From: the human T2T-CHM13v2.0 reference genome, Homo sapiens
DNA length: 64,000 nt
Direction: 5' to 3' (one strand)
Assembly: GCF_009914755.1 (NCBI RefSeq)
Contig: NC_060932.1
Shown here: in pieces, positions 1 to 14,235 of the stretch
Numbering within the stretch: position 1 is the stretch's first letter
How the letters are laid out: each line of letters starts with the position of its first letter
Translations under genes and position numbers: made by a program
The notes under the pieces: model-generated
The model's input: the letters and a program-made list of their open reading frames with translations, nothing else
Told to the model about the DNA's origin: nothing
The model's database searches: none

Positions 1-878
1 ATCTCCTGATCAACCCTTAATTTCTCTTCCTTCTCTCACCCTTCTTTTCAGGATTGAATTAATGAATCCTTTCTTCTCACTCATGCAGGGTAAGTTTCTG
101 CTTCCCTGGGTCTTTCTGTTTACTGACTGCAACAACTTCAGATTATACCTCTTCTACTCCAAGTGCTTTCAAAGAAAGTCCTCTGCCAAGACAAATTCAT
201 TACGTTTTTTCCCTCTACCTGTTTGCCTTTATTCTCTTTTGTATTTCATCTTCTCATCTAGATTGAATAATCTTTGAGAGCACAGATGTTTATTTATATT
301 TTTCCTTTCCATTTCTACTCAGCATGAGGTGTCCATTGAACAAACTTGATGAATTTTTATTGCTTAATATCTTGCTAGAGGTGGGGAGAGAGGTTGGGGG
401 CGGTTAAGGAACTATCAGCTAGCCTAGGAGATATTAAAGCTGCAGAGATTTGGCTGTCTTGTTCAACATTATATCCTTAGGGATTAGTACATAGGCTTGC
501 AAATAGCAGGTATGAATAAAAAATTATTGAATGAGTAAATGAATTTAAAATATAAGTTACTTAGGCGGTATCTTCAGGCATATCTGTGTTTATGTGGTAT
601 TCAATGGCCCACAAATGTCTACATCCTAATTCCTAAGATCTGTAAACATTAATTTGCATGACAAAAGAGACTTTACAGATGTGATTAAATGAAAGGATTT
701 TGACATGCAGATAATATCCTGTATTCTTCATGTGGAACCAATGTATTTACAAGGGTCCTTATAAGTAAAACAGAGAAGCAGGAAAATGAGGGTCGCAAAA
801 AAAAAAAAAAAAAACAAACATGAAGACAGAGAAGAGGTTAGAGTGATGTTGGCTTTAGAGATGGAAGGAGTCACAAGC

Positions 879-1908
879 TGTCTTAAAGGAATAAGACAAG
901 CTGTCTTAAAGGAATTGTTATAAAGGAATAGCTGAAGCTGGGTAATTTATTTTAAAAAGGTTTATTTTGCTCACTATTCTCATGTCTGGAAAAGTTTAAT
1001 ATTGGGTAGCTGCATCTGGCAAGGGCCTCAGGCTGTTTCCACTCATGTCAGAACGTAAAGGGGAGCTGGTGTGTTTAGAGATCACGTGGGGAGAGAGGAA
1101 GCAAGAGAGAGGGAGGAGGGGCCAGGCTTTTTTTAAACAACCAGCTCTTTTTTTTAAAAAAAATTATACTTTAAGTTCTGGTATACATGTGCAGAATGTG
1201 CAGGTTTGCTACATAGGAATACACATGCCATAGTGGTTTGCTGCACCCATTAACCTGTCTTCTACATTAGGTATTTCTCCTAATGCTATCCCTTCCTTAA
1301 CCCCCAAACCCTGACAGGCCCTGGTGTGTGATGTTCCCCTCCCTGTGTCCATGTGTTGTCATTGTTCATCTCCCACTTATGAATGATAACATGCAGTGTT
1401 GGGTTTTCTGTCCTTGTGATAGTTTGCTGAGAATGATGATTTCCAGCTTCATCCATGTCCCTGCAAAGGACATGAACTTATCCTTTTTATGGTTGCATAG
1501 TATTCCATGGTGTATATGTGCCACATTTTCTTTATCCACTCTATCATTGATGGGCATTTGGGTTGGTTCCAAGTCTTTGCTATTATGAACAGTGCTGCAG
1601 TAAACATACGTGTGCATGTGTCTTTGTAGTACAGTGATTTATAATCCTTTGGGTATATACACAGTAATGGAATTGCTGGGTCAAATGGTATTTCTGGTTC
1701 TAGATCCTTGAGGAATTGCAACATTGTCTTCCACAATGGAACAACCAGTTCTCTTAAGAATAAAAGTGAGAACTCACTTCCCTGGCCCCAGAGAGAGCAA
1801 AAGCAATTCATCCCCATCACCCAAACACCTCCCATTAGGCCCTACCTCCAACATTGGGATCAAATTTCAACATGAGGTTTTTAGGGGACAAACATCCAAA
1901 CTATGTCA
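879..1908 (-). mobile_element. MST-family MaLR LTR, split by L1
   Basis: TGTCTTA...CTATGTCA termini, typical MST body, degenerate 5-bp TSD CAAGC/CAAGA. Confidence 0.75.
1149..1739 (-). mobile_element. 5'-truncated L1PA (about PA7-8) 3' end
   Basis: L1 3'UTR plus ORF2 C-terminal peptide (DLEPEIPFDPAIPLL). TSD AACAACCAG(C/T)TCT at 1136-1148 and 1740-1752. Confidence 0.9.
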
Positions 1909-2405
1909 CAAGACAATTCATGTAAGCAGCCTCTAAAAGATGGAAGAGGCAAGGAAACAGATTCTCCCCTAAAGCCCACAGAAGGAAAGCAGCCCTGCCA
2001 ACTTCTTGATTTTAACCCAGTAAGACCCGTTTTGGACTTTGGACACCAAGAGCTATAAGATGATTATGTTGTTTTAAGCCATTAAGCTTGAGGCAATTTG
2101 TTACAGCAGCAATTGGAAACTAATACAGATCACATTCTAATTCAATTAGTATTGTTCCCAGTTCTCTGGACCTCAGATTTCTTTCCTGAAAAACATTAAA
2201 AATAATACCTGAAAGTTTTGCACACGAGTGCAGAGTGCCTATTTACTAGAGAGATCAGCATTTGTTTAGGCTCTGAATAGATTTGAGGATGAAATTAAAT
2301 AGCATAAATAAAGTTCCTAGTGATGCTTCTGATAAAAAAATATCTCCTTCAAAATGCCAGAGGCAGGTCCTAAAAACCCACAAAGCAGGTGAACTGGCAA
2401 AAGAC

Positions 2406-2994
2406 TGTAAAAAGCAAAGTAGAGGTTCCTCTTCAAAGACTTTCCTCTCCATCTAATTAGGAATAAATAGTAACTTATCTTAGAAACAAAATTTATTCAA
2501 AGACCTGTGCTAACATTCTGAAATATCTGCTAGCCGTAATAAATAAATCGATGTACTTTATGTTCTTAGCTCCCACAATTTAACCTAAATATTTGCCCTG
2601 GCATGCTTATACTGGTCCAAGCAAGCATTAGGTCATAGCCTGTTCCTCTTCTTTATTTTAAGGTGTTTTTACCTTTGTCAGCATGCCACAAGTTACTTCC
2701 TCCTTCCTTTGTTCTCCTCTGCCTTTGACTCTTTTAAAGAGTCCTAAGTTGCTAGCCAATTAGGACAAATACAGAATGTGAGGTCCCGTTTCAGCCAATG
2801 GAAACTGGACACAGCAGGAAGGTGGATGGGTCAGGTTATAAATGACCCTGTCTCCTTTGTTCGGTGTACTCTTGTGGCAAAACTGCTGGCAAGTGTACCC
2901 TTTCTGCAATAGGTAAAAACTGCCTTGCTGAGGAAATTAAATTTATGTTCAAGTGCTATTTCTTTATGGCACCGGGGAACAAGCATTTCTAACA
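2406..2994 (+). mobile_element. LTR10C-like ERV1 solo LTR
   Basis: TGT...AACA termini, 4-bp TSD AGAC (2402-2405, 2995-2998), AAAGTAGAGGTTCCTCTTCAAAGACTTTCC start, two CCAAT boxes and TATAAA. Confidence 0.85.
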
Positions 2995-3039
2995 AGACTA
3001 TGTAATTTAATTTCAGGAACCTAAAAAAGTGGGATGAAG

Positions 3040-3310
3040 AACTGAGGTTGCTAATAAATCTACACAACTTATAAGTAAATATTTAATTTACTAACATATA
3101 ATAATAAAGACATCATTGTAAGACAATGTTAAAACATTTTACACATTTTAAATGTGCAATAGTAAATCCTTCACTATTCAGGGATTATTTGGAATCCCTT
3201 GTCACCAGAAGCTCTTAAGGAAATAACTTCTACTTCGTTGCAAATATGTTCTTGGCTTAGTTGAGGTAATGCAAATACTAGAATACTTGTTTGTTTAACA
3301 GCTTATTCTT
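3040..3310. promoter_or_regulatory. FOXA1/AR/HOXB13-type prostate enhancer
   Basis: Forkhead motifs GTAAATA 3075, GCAAATA 3240 and 3271, TGTTTGT/TGTTTAA 3288-3298; ARE half-site TGTTCT 3247; CTAATAAA 3051. Consistent with the recalled 8q24 region-2 enhancer. Confidence 0.7.
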
Positions 3311-6047
3311 CCCTGAAGCTGTTCCTCCAGTCCCTGCCAGTGGGATCTTATGTCTCCAGGAGTACTTAACACCCCTAATAGCCCCATCTTTTAAGCCTCC
3401 CTGGGACCTGCCCTCGCAGTACCTCTTATACCTACTCCACTTCCTCCTCATGGCCTCCTGCAGAATGCAATTCTAAAATTAGGTTCTATTTTCCTCGCCC
3501 GCATTCTCTTTTGCAAAGCCTCCAAAAAATTTACTTTGCTTCTCTGCGCCTGCTTTATCTCTATTTTCTACACTCGCTCCTTCTTTTTCTAATTATCTAT
3601 AATAGGCGTCACAAAATTTGCATTTGTTGGAACCAAAATTTCCATGGTTGCCTCAAAATATACAGATGTAAATTTGCATATAATTAAATTTTGCATAAGG
3701 GAAACTCTCATTTGGGGAGATATGCAATGCCCAATAAATGGCAGTTTCCTTCAATGTCCCCAGGCCAGCCTCCCAGTCTGTGTGTTTCCCCCTGGCTGCA
3801 GCTACCAGGACTCTGCTCTGGGGATTTACGGACAAGGGTATCAAGTTTTAATTAAACTAACCCTCTCAAACTGAATGAGTGGCTTAAAATCTTCCTGTAA
3901 AGAAACCGCAAAATAATAATGCTGGCATTGAGAAGTAAGAAAAGAGCGAGCCAGCACCCCCACCCCCCAAATCCTGTGACAAGGTGTATTTTTGTGTTTT
4001 GTTTTTTTTCTTTGGCAGCATTATGGGGGAAAAGCAATGATGATCTAATGAGATCTGATAAGAAGTTAGCCCAAAACAAGGAAATTGTTGAGGGTTCTCT
4101 TTGAAGTATGGATTTATACCCACCAACCTTAGCTGCGAACCTTACCTCAAGTGTTACCTGTGCCTTGAGATGTTTCCTGGTCATAGTACTAAGCTATCAT
4201 AATGAGCAAGACATTCAATAAGCAAGTGTGATGGCTATGAGGACAGATCTTAACAGGTTTTTTTTTCTGGAAGGCTTAAAATCATGCATTACTCAATCTA
4301 ATACTTCACGAAATTTCAGTAAAACCTAATGATAATATAGAAGCTTGTGTTGTAGTTTTGTAATCAACAGCAAAACATAAAATTTAAAAAAAACATACAT
4401 TACTGGGGCTGTATCCTGCTACAATAATAAGGCTGACATAATAGATGGAGAACAATATGGTAACAAGCCAAAATGTATTACTTCATCCACAAATAGTATC
4501 GTGCTATATATAGACAGACTTGTTAAAAATTTAAAGAAATACACAATCAATTACACAATAGAAAATTTGCTATATGGTGCATGGTGGCATGCAACTACAA
4601 ATGTTTCTAACATGTTTCTCTTCATAGGATTTTCTGAATTTTCATTTAATATTCAAGCACATCAAAAACACCTTTTCAGGTGTGATCCTATACAGCAAAG
4701 CTGTCCTCACAAACAATAGTTGACTAAATAAACACATGGCTTTATGGAAGAAATGTGTAAGTATAGCCATTGTTGGAGCAGATGCTCTGCTTAAAAAAAA
4801 AAAAAATAAGTTAAAGTTATAGATCTCACCATGCTTATTTACTGCTTAAGTCATAGCCAATTTATTGCACCAAAGTTGAAGTTCAAAGCATAAAGAATAC
4901 TATATATAATGCAATTAATGAGGTTGATGTCCCTAAAACAAGAGAGAATTAGTAAATGTTTTACAATAGTTTTCATGAGATGGGAAATGACAATAGAAAT
5001 CTTTGTTACAATGCAGATTTTATTGTGGAAATGATCTCATGGCAAAGTTTTTAAAGAGGCTGCAGAACAATAAAGAGAGATAACACATTTTGCTTTTATG
5101 AAAAAGCCGATGTTCCAAATTTGCTGACCTTCTCTGTAAATAAGAAGTGACTGTCAGTAGCCAGCAGATGTGTTTATAAAAATAACCCACTTGATCTGTC
5201 CCTGCAAGGTAAGAGTGGCATTTTCAAAGTGCATGAGAGAACTGCTCTCAAGAGAAAATCATACTGTAAAGACAGCATTTCAAAAACATTTATTTGGAAA
5301 TATTTAAATGATGTGATCTATTTATTTATTTGGTCAAAAATGCCCAACTTGCCTAACATTATTTTATTCCTTAAAACACAGATCAAGCAACAGATCCTAC
5401 AGTTAGACTCTTCTGATCACCCTGAGAGTTAGTTACCCCTTTCTTTGGTTTCTTCTCTTTAACGTCCTGCATATATGCTGCCATTGTGTTTATAGCACAA
5501 TATCAGAGTGTGTTATTTATACGTGCATCTCCCTCATTAGATTGGGAGTTTCTTGATGTCAGAACACAGCAATTGTCCCACCAGAATAAAAAGAATATTG
5601 CCAAAAGATGCTCTATAAATGTTTGGCCATTGGTTTAAAAAACAAATAATGGACCAATGGGCTCAAAAGCAAACTGGCTAATATAAAAATAATAATAACA
5701 ACCACAATAATAAAATAAGGGCTAACACTTAAACGGTTGTGTACTCACTATGTACTAGGCACTGATCAAAGTACTTTGTACATATTTTCTTATTTAATAT
5801 TCGCTACCATCATATTACAATATACTGTTATTAACCCCAATGTATAGATGTAGGTGAAGAAACTTGTCACAAATCATACAGCTAGTTGTCTGAGATGCAA
5901 TCCATGTGATTTGTTCACAGAGCTCAGGTTCTGTGAAGCGGGTAAAAACAAAATTTGGCATCCAGTTTCAAAAGGAGAATTGCAAACTAATAGAACATAT
6001 AGCACAAAATGATTATATCAATAGAATGCTAATTGCATATCAAGGAT

Positions 6048-6210
6048 ATTTGGTATAATACAAATTATTCTACCTTAAACATATGGAAATTTGTGGTCCA
6101 TGATGTTGTAGATTCTATCTTCCCACTCTGCATTTTCAAAGGCATATGGTATTGACTCATTCGATTAATTGTTGGATAGTCTTTATTATAGACTAAATCA
6201 TAGAATAAAT
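6048..6210 (+). repeat. Local dispersed duplication, copy 1
   Basis: Aligns with 14677-14839; 12 mismatches counted over the 134-bp ungapped core. Confidence 0.9.
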
Positions 6211-6764
6211 ACATGGATACATGCACGAATATTATATCTCAAGGGCTTTACATAGTTCATTATCTCACTTCATAGTCAAAACAAACCTACTGATAGTTCC
6301 AATGCAAAGCCTAGAACGCTTTGGCTTAGAGAGGCCCAAGTCTTTTCTCAGTGCTGCACTGCTGGTACGTGGCGTGGTCCCCTCTCTTCTCTCAGTACAC
6401 ACTACCCATGCAGACTATCACTCTCAGTCTTGTTTATCTCAAATACAGAGGGTATAACTAACTGGAATGTATCCAGAACAGTGAGGCCAAAGTGTGGGGA
6501 AGCTCCTTAACCATGCTGCTGCATGAGGAACAGCTGGAGAGACTGAGAACATGAGGCCTAAAGAGGAGACTCAGGGAGATGGGATCACAATCTTCAAATA
6601 TTTAAAAGACATCAAGGGGAAAAGAGATTAAACAAGGTAATGTAGCTCTAGAGAGCAAATCCAAGAGTGTTGAGTGGAAGTGAAAGGGAGGCTGGTTTCA
6701 GTCAGATAGTAGGAAGAACTTTCTAGTATTTGGTACTACAATGGGAAAGACTATTTTGTGAGAT

Positions 6765-7340
6765 TTTTTTAAATTTTTTTTTAATTATACTTTAAGTTCT
6801 AGGGTACATGTGCACAACGTGCAGGTTTGTTACATACGTATACATGTGCCATGTTGGTGTGCTGTACCCATTAACTCATCATTTAACATTAGGTATATCT
6901 CCTAATGCTATCCCTCCCCGCTCCCCCCACCCCACAACAGGCCCCGGTGTGTGATGTTCCCCTTCCTGTGTCCAAGTGTTCTCACTGTTCAATTCCCACC
7001 TATGAGTGAGAACATGCGGTGTTTGGTTTTTTGTCCTTGCAATAGTTTGCTGAGAATGATGGTTTCCAGCTTCATCCATGTTCCTACAAAGGACATGAAC
7101 TCATCATTTTTTATGGCTGCATAGTATTCCATGGTGTATATGTGCCACATTTTCTTAATCCAGTCTATCATTGTTGGACATTTGGGTTGGTTCCAAGTCT
7201 TTGCTATTGTGAATAGTGCCTCAATAAACATACATGTGCATGTGTCTTTATAGCAGCATGACTTAAAATCCTTTGGGTATATACCCAGTAATGGGATGGC
7301 TGGGTCAAATGGTATTTCTAGTTCTAGATCCCTGAGGAAT
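6765..7340 (-). mobile_element. 5'-truncated L1PA 3' end
   Basis: Poly-T followed by canonical L1PA 3'UTR and ORF2 tail (KTWNQPKCPTMIDWIKKMWHIYTMEYY). Confidence 0.92.
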
Positions 7341-7516
7341 AAATGACCAACTATTGAGAAATTGCAGGGTAGTCCCTACATGAGGGTTAGGTAGAATTGA
7401 CCTGCTTTCTGCCTCATAAATTTTAGAAAATTAATAAGATAATTTATTACGGGGTGGTGTTTGTTCCCTCAGTACTTTATCATCTATGTTGATAATGTTA
7501 ATAATTAATTGCATAA

Positions 7517-7850
<334 letters not shown>

Positions 7851-8047
7851 CGCAAATTGTTGTTATTTATAACTCTTCAATCCAAATCATCAGTGTCTAT
7901 GTTGTTTCCTTAACTATCAAATGATGATAATAATAGTACCTTCTTCATAAGATAGTTGAAAGGTTTTTAATATCCATATGGTACTGAGAATGATGCCTGA
8001 AACATAGTAACTACCCCATTTTTATTATATTTCTGTTAATAATAATA

Positions 8048-8104
8048 CATACCATTATTGCTCTTGCATACCATATTGCTCTTGCATACCATATATGCTC
8101 TTGC
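8048..8104 (+). repeat. Three-copy 18-19 bp tandem repeat
   Basis: Unit CATACCAT(T)ATTGCTCTTG repeated three times with small variations. Confidence 0.85.
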
Positions 8105-10149
8105 TATATGCTACACACAGTATTTCATTTAGGCCTCACTATGTCCCTGATGTAGGCATTAATATCTTTATTTTGCAAATGAGAAAACAGTCTGTACCTT
8201 GTATGCCATGCTGCTATTGTTTATCTGTTTGAATCTCAAGCAAATCTGCTTGATAATTGGTACCAAAATAAGCCTTTTTCTGGGTAAGGAATCTGATATT
8301 GTGTTTTAAAAAACACACATTTAATCCTGGGGCTGCTGCATTACTCCTGCTGCCCCATCCTACTGTGATCAAAGGCACATACATGAGATGGTGAGTTGTC
8401 CCCTTGCCAATGGGGGTTTGGTAAGAAAGGAAAGTGCAGTACTTCTTTGTTTCTGAATTGCAAGTATGTGTGGGTTAGAGGGGGAGGCTGAATATGAAGG
8501 TCCTGGGACAGCCCACCAGGTATCCCATGAGACTTTGCAAAGGAAAAGGAGGTGAGTGACAGCCCAGGGTCCAATAGGATAGAAGGAAAAGCCAGGCCAT
8601 GGAGTTCCTCAGACCTGCTTTCTAAGGGCAACTCTACCACCTCAGCAAGCCATTGAACTTCTCTGAGCTCAGTCCTTTCATTTATAAAATGGGGTGACAG
8701 TGCTCACATGCCAGGAATACAAAGGGATTGAAAGATAAAACACGTAATTAAGCACCTGTTGTTACACATCTGTCAGGGACCCCAATAAGGTCAGCTGTCT
8801 TCCTGTTGACTTCTGTTCTTGGTGGTTCTCCAAGATCATACCTTCCATCAACATTTACCGTCACTCCCCCACCCCATGCCCAATACTGAACAGTGGAGGG
8901 ACGCTTCACCTACAGTTATAATGTTGAAACTTCAACCCAAAGCAAGTACTGTTAGGATCTCTGGAAACTTTCCCTCAAATAAGGGATTTGAATGGGACAA
9001 GAAGAAGTTTTACAGATAGCCAATGGAGATGATTTAATGGGGTTATGATAGAAACGAGAAAGTAAAACAAACCCATGCTTTAAAGTCTACCATTTCAGGT
9101 CCATATTTTCGCTTGAAAATTGAGATTCCTATTAAACAATGACATTTACACCAAAAAGTAGAGGAGTTGGTTGAAGGACAGGGTAATGCCAGGAGGAATT
9201 GGGAATTTGAGAGTCAAGTCAAAGGACTGAAATACTCAGAATACTAAGGGCACCTCAGGGCTCTACCAAGGACACGTAGAAGCTTTGAATTTGCAGCACC
9301 ACCCTAATTTAACGAGCTACCTCAGCACGTAGTGGAGCCTTGGAAAACAGATGTCACAAACTCTCATTAGATTGTCAAACATTTTCCAGCATTTCCTCTC
9401 CCATCATAGCTGGTTATCAAGATATATAGACACACACGTGCATACACATAAATACCTTGATAAGTTACTAGAGAAAGCAGAAAAATGTCTGACAGTTTAA
9501 TGAGATTTGGGTGAAAGAAAATTCTATATTTCATTGTTTTCCAGGCACTAGAAATAATTCATCAATGTTTCTAAGACTCATTCAGCGTGGCTGCATTTTT
9601 TAAAATATTTTCATAAATTTTGAGGAGCAAATACCATTATTAGGCACTAAAAAGGTTGAAGTCTAATAGATTAGCCGCTTCATCCTCCTTCACTCAGCTC
9701 AGCATTCGTTCAACTGGCTCTTACTGGTTAACATCCACACGCCTCCTGACTGGCTACTCAGTGCCGATGACATTTCCTTCACACACAGGGCTGGTTTTAA
9801 GATACATTGAGGTGACATCAGGTGGCCTGTAAAGTGGTCATTTTAGGATATCCTATTCAAAGACATCTGTGGAAGTGTGGACCAATTTATTGATGAATAA
9901 CAGTGAAGGGGTTTCCACCAGCAAGTAACATAATTTTTTACAATGATGATGCTGAAGTAGAAAGAGTTTCTAGTCAGGGACTGGACAAATCAATTTGCAG
10001 ACGATTTTTAGGAAGAAAAACATTGCAACAGTAAATTGTAATTGATAACTTCTAGAGCCACTTTAAGTACTGCTATTTTAGGATTCTGAGGGGAAGAAAG
10101 TGTTCTGCAAAGCAATAAGCAAAGTGATTTGTTCCAAGCCCCAAATTTA

Positions 10150-10549
<400 letters not shown>

Positions 10550-10989
10550 TTATAATATGAAATAGGCATTAAAATATTGTGTATTTTAGAGGAGACTGAG
10601 GATTGGAGGCTGAAGAATTACTCTAAATTAATCAGCTTGTGTACTTCAGAGCTAAGATAGCTCTTTGGGTTCTAAATTCTGTGATCTTCTTTTTGATTTC
10701 TCTTGGAGCAATAATGAAGGCAAAACATCAATAAACATAACAAACTGGGTAAGGGAGACCATTGAGAAGGACTAAGGACACCTTCAAAGTTCTGAGTGAG
10801 TTTAAAAAGAAGAATGATGAAAACTTTGATAGAAATAGGAAAAAAAGTAGAGGAACTTGTTTGGCTTGAAACTTCTTAATGTTTAGGCTAATTATATTGA
10901 AGATGACAGTGGTCATTGAGAAAACAAAATCCCCAAAGCAATTTTGGAATAAGAGCCAACATTTAATACTTACCAGACAACTATTCTAA

Positions 10990-11165
10990 GTATTTTACTA
11001 TATTCACTCATAGCAACTCTAAAAAGCAGGTAGTATTAACAGAGAAAATGAGGCACAGTGAGGTTAAATAGCTGGTCCGAGGCTACACAGCTAATCAGTG
11101 GGAGAGTTGGGACTTAGACCCAGAGGTCCAGTTTTGAAGTCCACACTTTTAGCCATTACACTACA
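10990..11165. mobile_element. MIR fragment
   Basis: GAAAATGAGGCACAGTGAGGTTAAATAGCTGGTCCGAGGCTACACAGCTA resembles the MIR core. Confidence 0.7.
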
Positions 11166-12027
11166 ATGGAAAGAAATTTAGAAGATATACACAGAAAACT
11201 ATAGGCACATAGATTAGGGGTTAGTAGAATGCTCTGGGCAGTTAAAGGAACTCTTCTTAAAGGAGGTAAAGCTTGAATGAGACTGTTAGTAAGCTATTTT
11301 TCACTCATTGGTGAATGATGTTTTGTGCAGTGTGTTTTTTTCCCCATAGAAAAATAAGAAAGAAAAGAAAATTGAGAACTCTCTCTATAAAAATGTGTAA
11401 CATATCTCATATTCCAAGAGATCCTTTTGGTAGTATTAATTTTTATCTGCTCACAGTACTGGCTTCATTATTTGGAGTTAAAAATTAACTCAACCAGATA
11501 AAAAAATCAGTGCTGTGTATTTGTTTATCTTTCAAATCTGTGTTCTAATTTTAAAAAGTTATTTAACAGAACGAAGCTATCAGCTAAGACAATGGCAAAG
11601 CCGTAAACAAACATAGGTTGCGTTTATGCGAATGGTCAGGTCCAAAGTAGATGCAGAATATGCCAGGTTCACTAATTTTAATCCCTATTCAGCCCAGGAC
11701 TATGTACCATAAGATTACTGCTAGTGTTTTCTGAAAATGATGTATCAAGGCATTTTCTGTAGAAATACGAAACAGTGACATACAGTAGGGAGAGCTGGAT
11801 TGAGGCAGAGTAGTATAGATGGAAGTTTCCTGAAAGCATTTTGGGGAAACATCTTTTGGGTATGGTTCTTGGATGAAGAGTTGATTTATTAGTACTGGAA
11901 GGGTGTATGGGAGAGAGGAAGTGAGAGGTTATGAGAGAATGACCCTCCCGTGATGGTGAGTGGGAGAATTATTGCAGTATGTACGTTAGCATTGCTATGT
12001 GGTGAAGTTCTTGGGATTTCCTGGGGT

Positions 12028-12676
<649 letters not shown>

Positions 12677-13639
12677 AACTGCCTTATGACTTTCAATGGG
12701 TAGGATGGACACATCCTTGGTGGGATGGAGAAATCTATCATAGCAGCTGGTCTTGAAGGTGGGTGGGGATATGATAATAACTTAGGTGGGGAGGCTCAGG
12801 AGGACTCACAGAATAACTGGCAACCCTGCCCCTGTCTGTAAAAACCCCATCCTGGAGGAAATAAGTTAGGAAAAGGTTTTGCATTTTGTGGAATGAAAAG
12901 TCTGTTGCATCTAGCTTGAGACAGAGCAAAAAGAGTTGATTGTCAGCTTCATGAAGACCAGGGGGTCTAAAAGACCCAGGGATCAACAACCAATGAGAGC
13001 AGCATGGAGGCCAAGAACCAGGCAAAATGCTGATTCCAGGACTGGGATTCAGGATGATTTCCTTCTATGCAATAATCTGCTCCTTGAAAGGGTATCTAAT
13101 TGGGCATTGCTTTTACTTGCTGCTTTCAATTCTTTTATGTTCTTTCCTAGTAAATATTTTTTCTTAATTTCATTGCAGCTCGTATTTATCCTGGGAACAG
13201 AGAGAAATGTTTCACAAGCTTAAGCCAGTCTTTTAAAAGGAGAATGGCAGGACTCCAAAAACAGACATGCTGATATGTACTGGGGAATTTTTAAGTGCTG
13301 AAACCTCCAAGACAAAAGAGACTGTGTCTTTATTGTTCTCTGAATTACTCGTACCCAGCTCGGTACCTGGAACATGATAGGGATCCCATAGTGGTTTGAT
13401 GAATAAATTAGTGACTCCAAGAGTAAAGTAATCCTCAGGAGGACAAAGGCAGATAGCTTCCCTTCCCTATCAGAATGTACTTCTCTTAAAGCTTTTCTTG
13501 GTATAATTCTTGGAGAATTTTGCCTTACAGAAGTCAAATCACATACCAAAGTGAAAACTGGATCTTCTACAAATAATGGAAGAATCAACTCTATCAAAAC
13601 AACAATTATACATATGATCAATGGAGGGGTTGTCACGAG

Positions 13640-13835
13640 CCAGGCTAAGAGCTTTACATATATTATCTCATTCTGTCTATGCCAGAGAATCAACTATGAC
13701 ATATGTAACATTAAATCTCATTTTATAGATGCAAAAACTGGGGTGTAAAGAAGTCAAAGAATCAGCCAGAATGTACAGAATTAGCAAAGGTGGAACTGGG
13801 ATTTGAATTCAGACAGTCTCACTCCAGACGCCATC
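13640..13835. mobile_element. MIR fragment
   Basis: CTCATTTTATAGATGCAAAAACTG...GGAACTGGGATTTGAATTCAGACAGTCT. Confidence 0.65.
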
Positions 13836-13984
13836 TCCGAATTATGCATAATTATATTTCAATTATTAACATTCATAAATTGAAATATGAGGGATAATGT
13901 ACCTTTTCATGAAAGCTTTGCTCGTTGTGTGGATGAGTGTGTGTACATGTAACTGCTTATGTGTGCTATCACTGAGGTAGAAGA

Positions 13985-13986
<2 letters not shown>

Positions 13987-14017
<31 letters not shown>
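13987..14017. repeat. (TC)n microsatellite
   Basis: Directly visible. Confidence 0.95.
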
Positions 14018-14022
<5 letters not shown>

Positions 14023-14204
14023 GGTCTACTTTTAGTAAGACTTGTATTTGATTGAGTTCAGAAGTTTGATTATCTTTTTAACTAACCTGTTTGTTTTAAT
14101 TATATTAAAAATTAGTCACTTTCAACATATTTGCATAGGTAATTGTTAGGGTGATCTTTTGGATGATCAGATGTAATATACTACTACTACACACAGACAC
14201 CCAG

Positions 14205-14231
<27 letters not shown>
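14205..14231. repeat. (CA)n microsatellite
   Basis: Directly visible. Confidence 0.95.

Positions 14232-14235
<4 letters not shown>

Larger units (their letters stand above)
593..2127 (+). mobile_element. MLT1D-like MaLR solo LTR, split by nested MST and L1 insertions
   Basis: Starts TGTGG...AATGGCCCACAAATGTCTACATCCTAAT and ends GGAAACTAATACA. The two halves are at 593-878 and 1909-2127. Confidence 0.8.
1..3970 (+). ncRNA. PRNCR1: 3' portion of lncRNA PRNCR1 (positional inference)
   Basis: Locus inferred from the recalled rs16901979 flank at ~24044 and recalled spacing of PRNCR1 SNPs (rs1456315 ~3063, rs13254738 ~3469). The end coordinate is approximate and not visible in the sequence. Confidence 0.6.

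Noticed and set aside
8048-8104. CRISPR-like array
   Set aside because: Adjacent tandem units without spacers in eukaryotic DNA; a simple minisatellite.
13220-13693. 157-aa hydrophobic ORF
   Set aside because: Chance ORF in AT-rich L2/MIR-like DNA with no family similarity.
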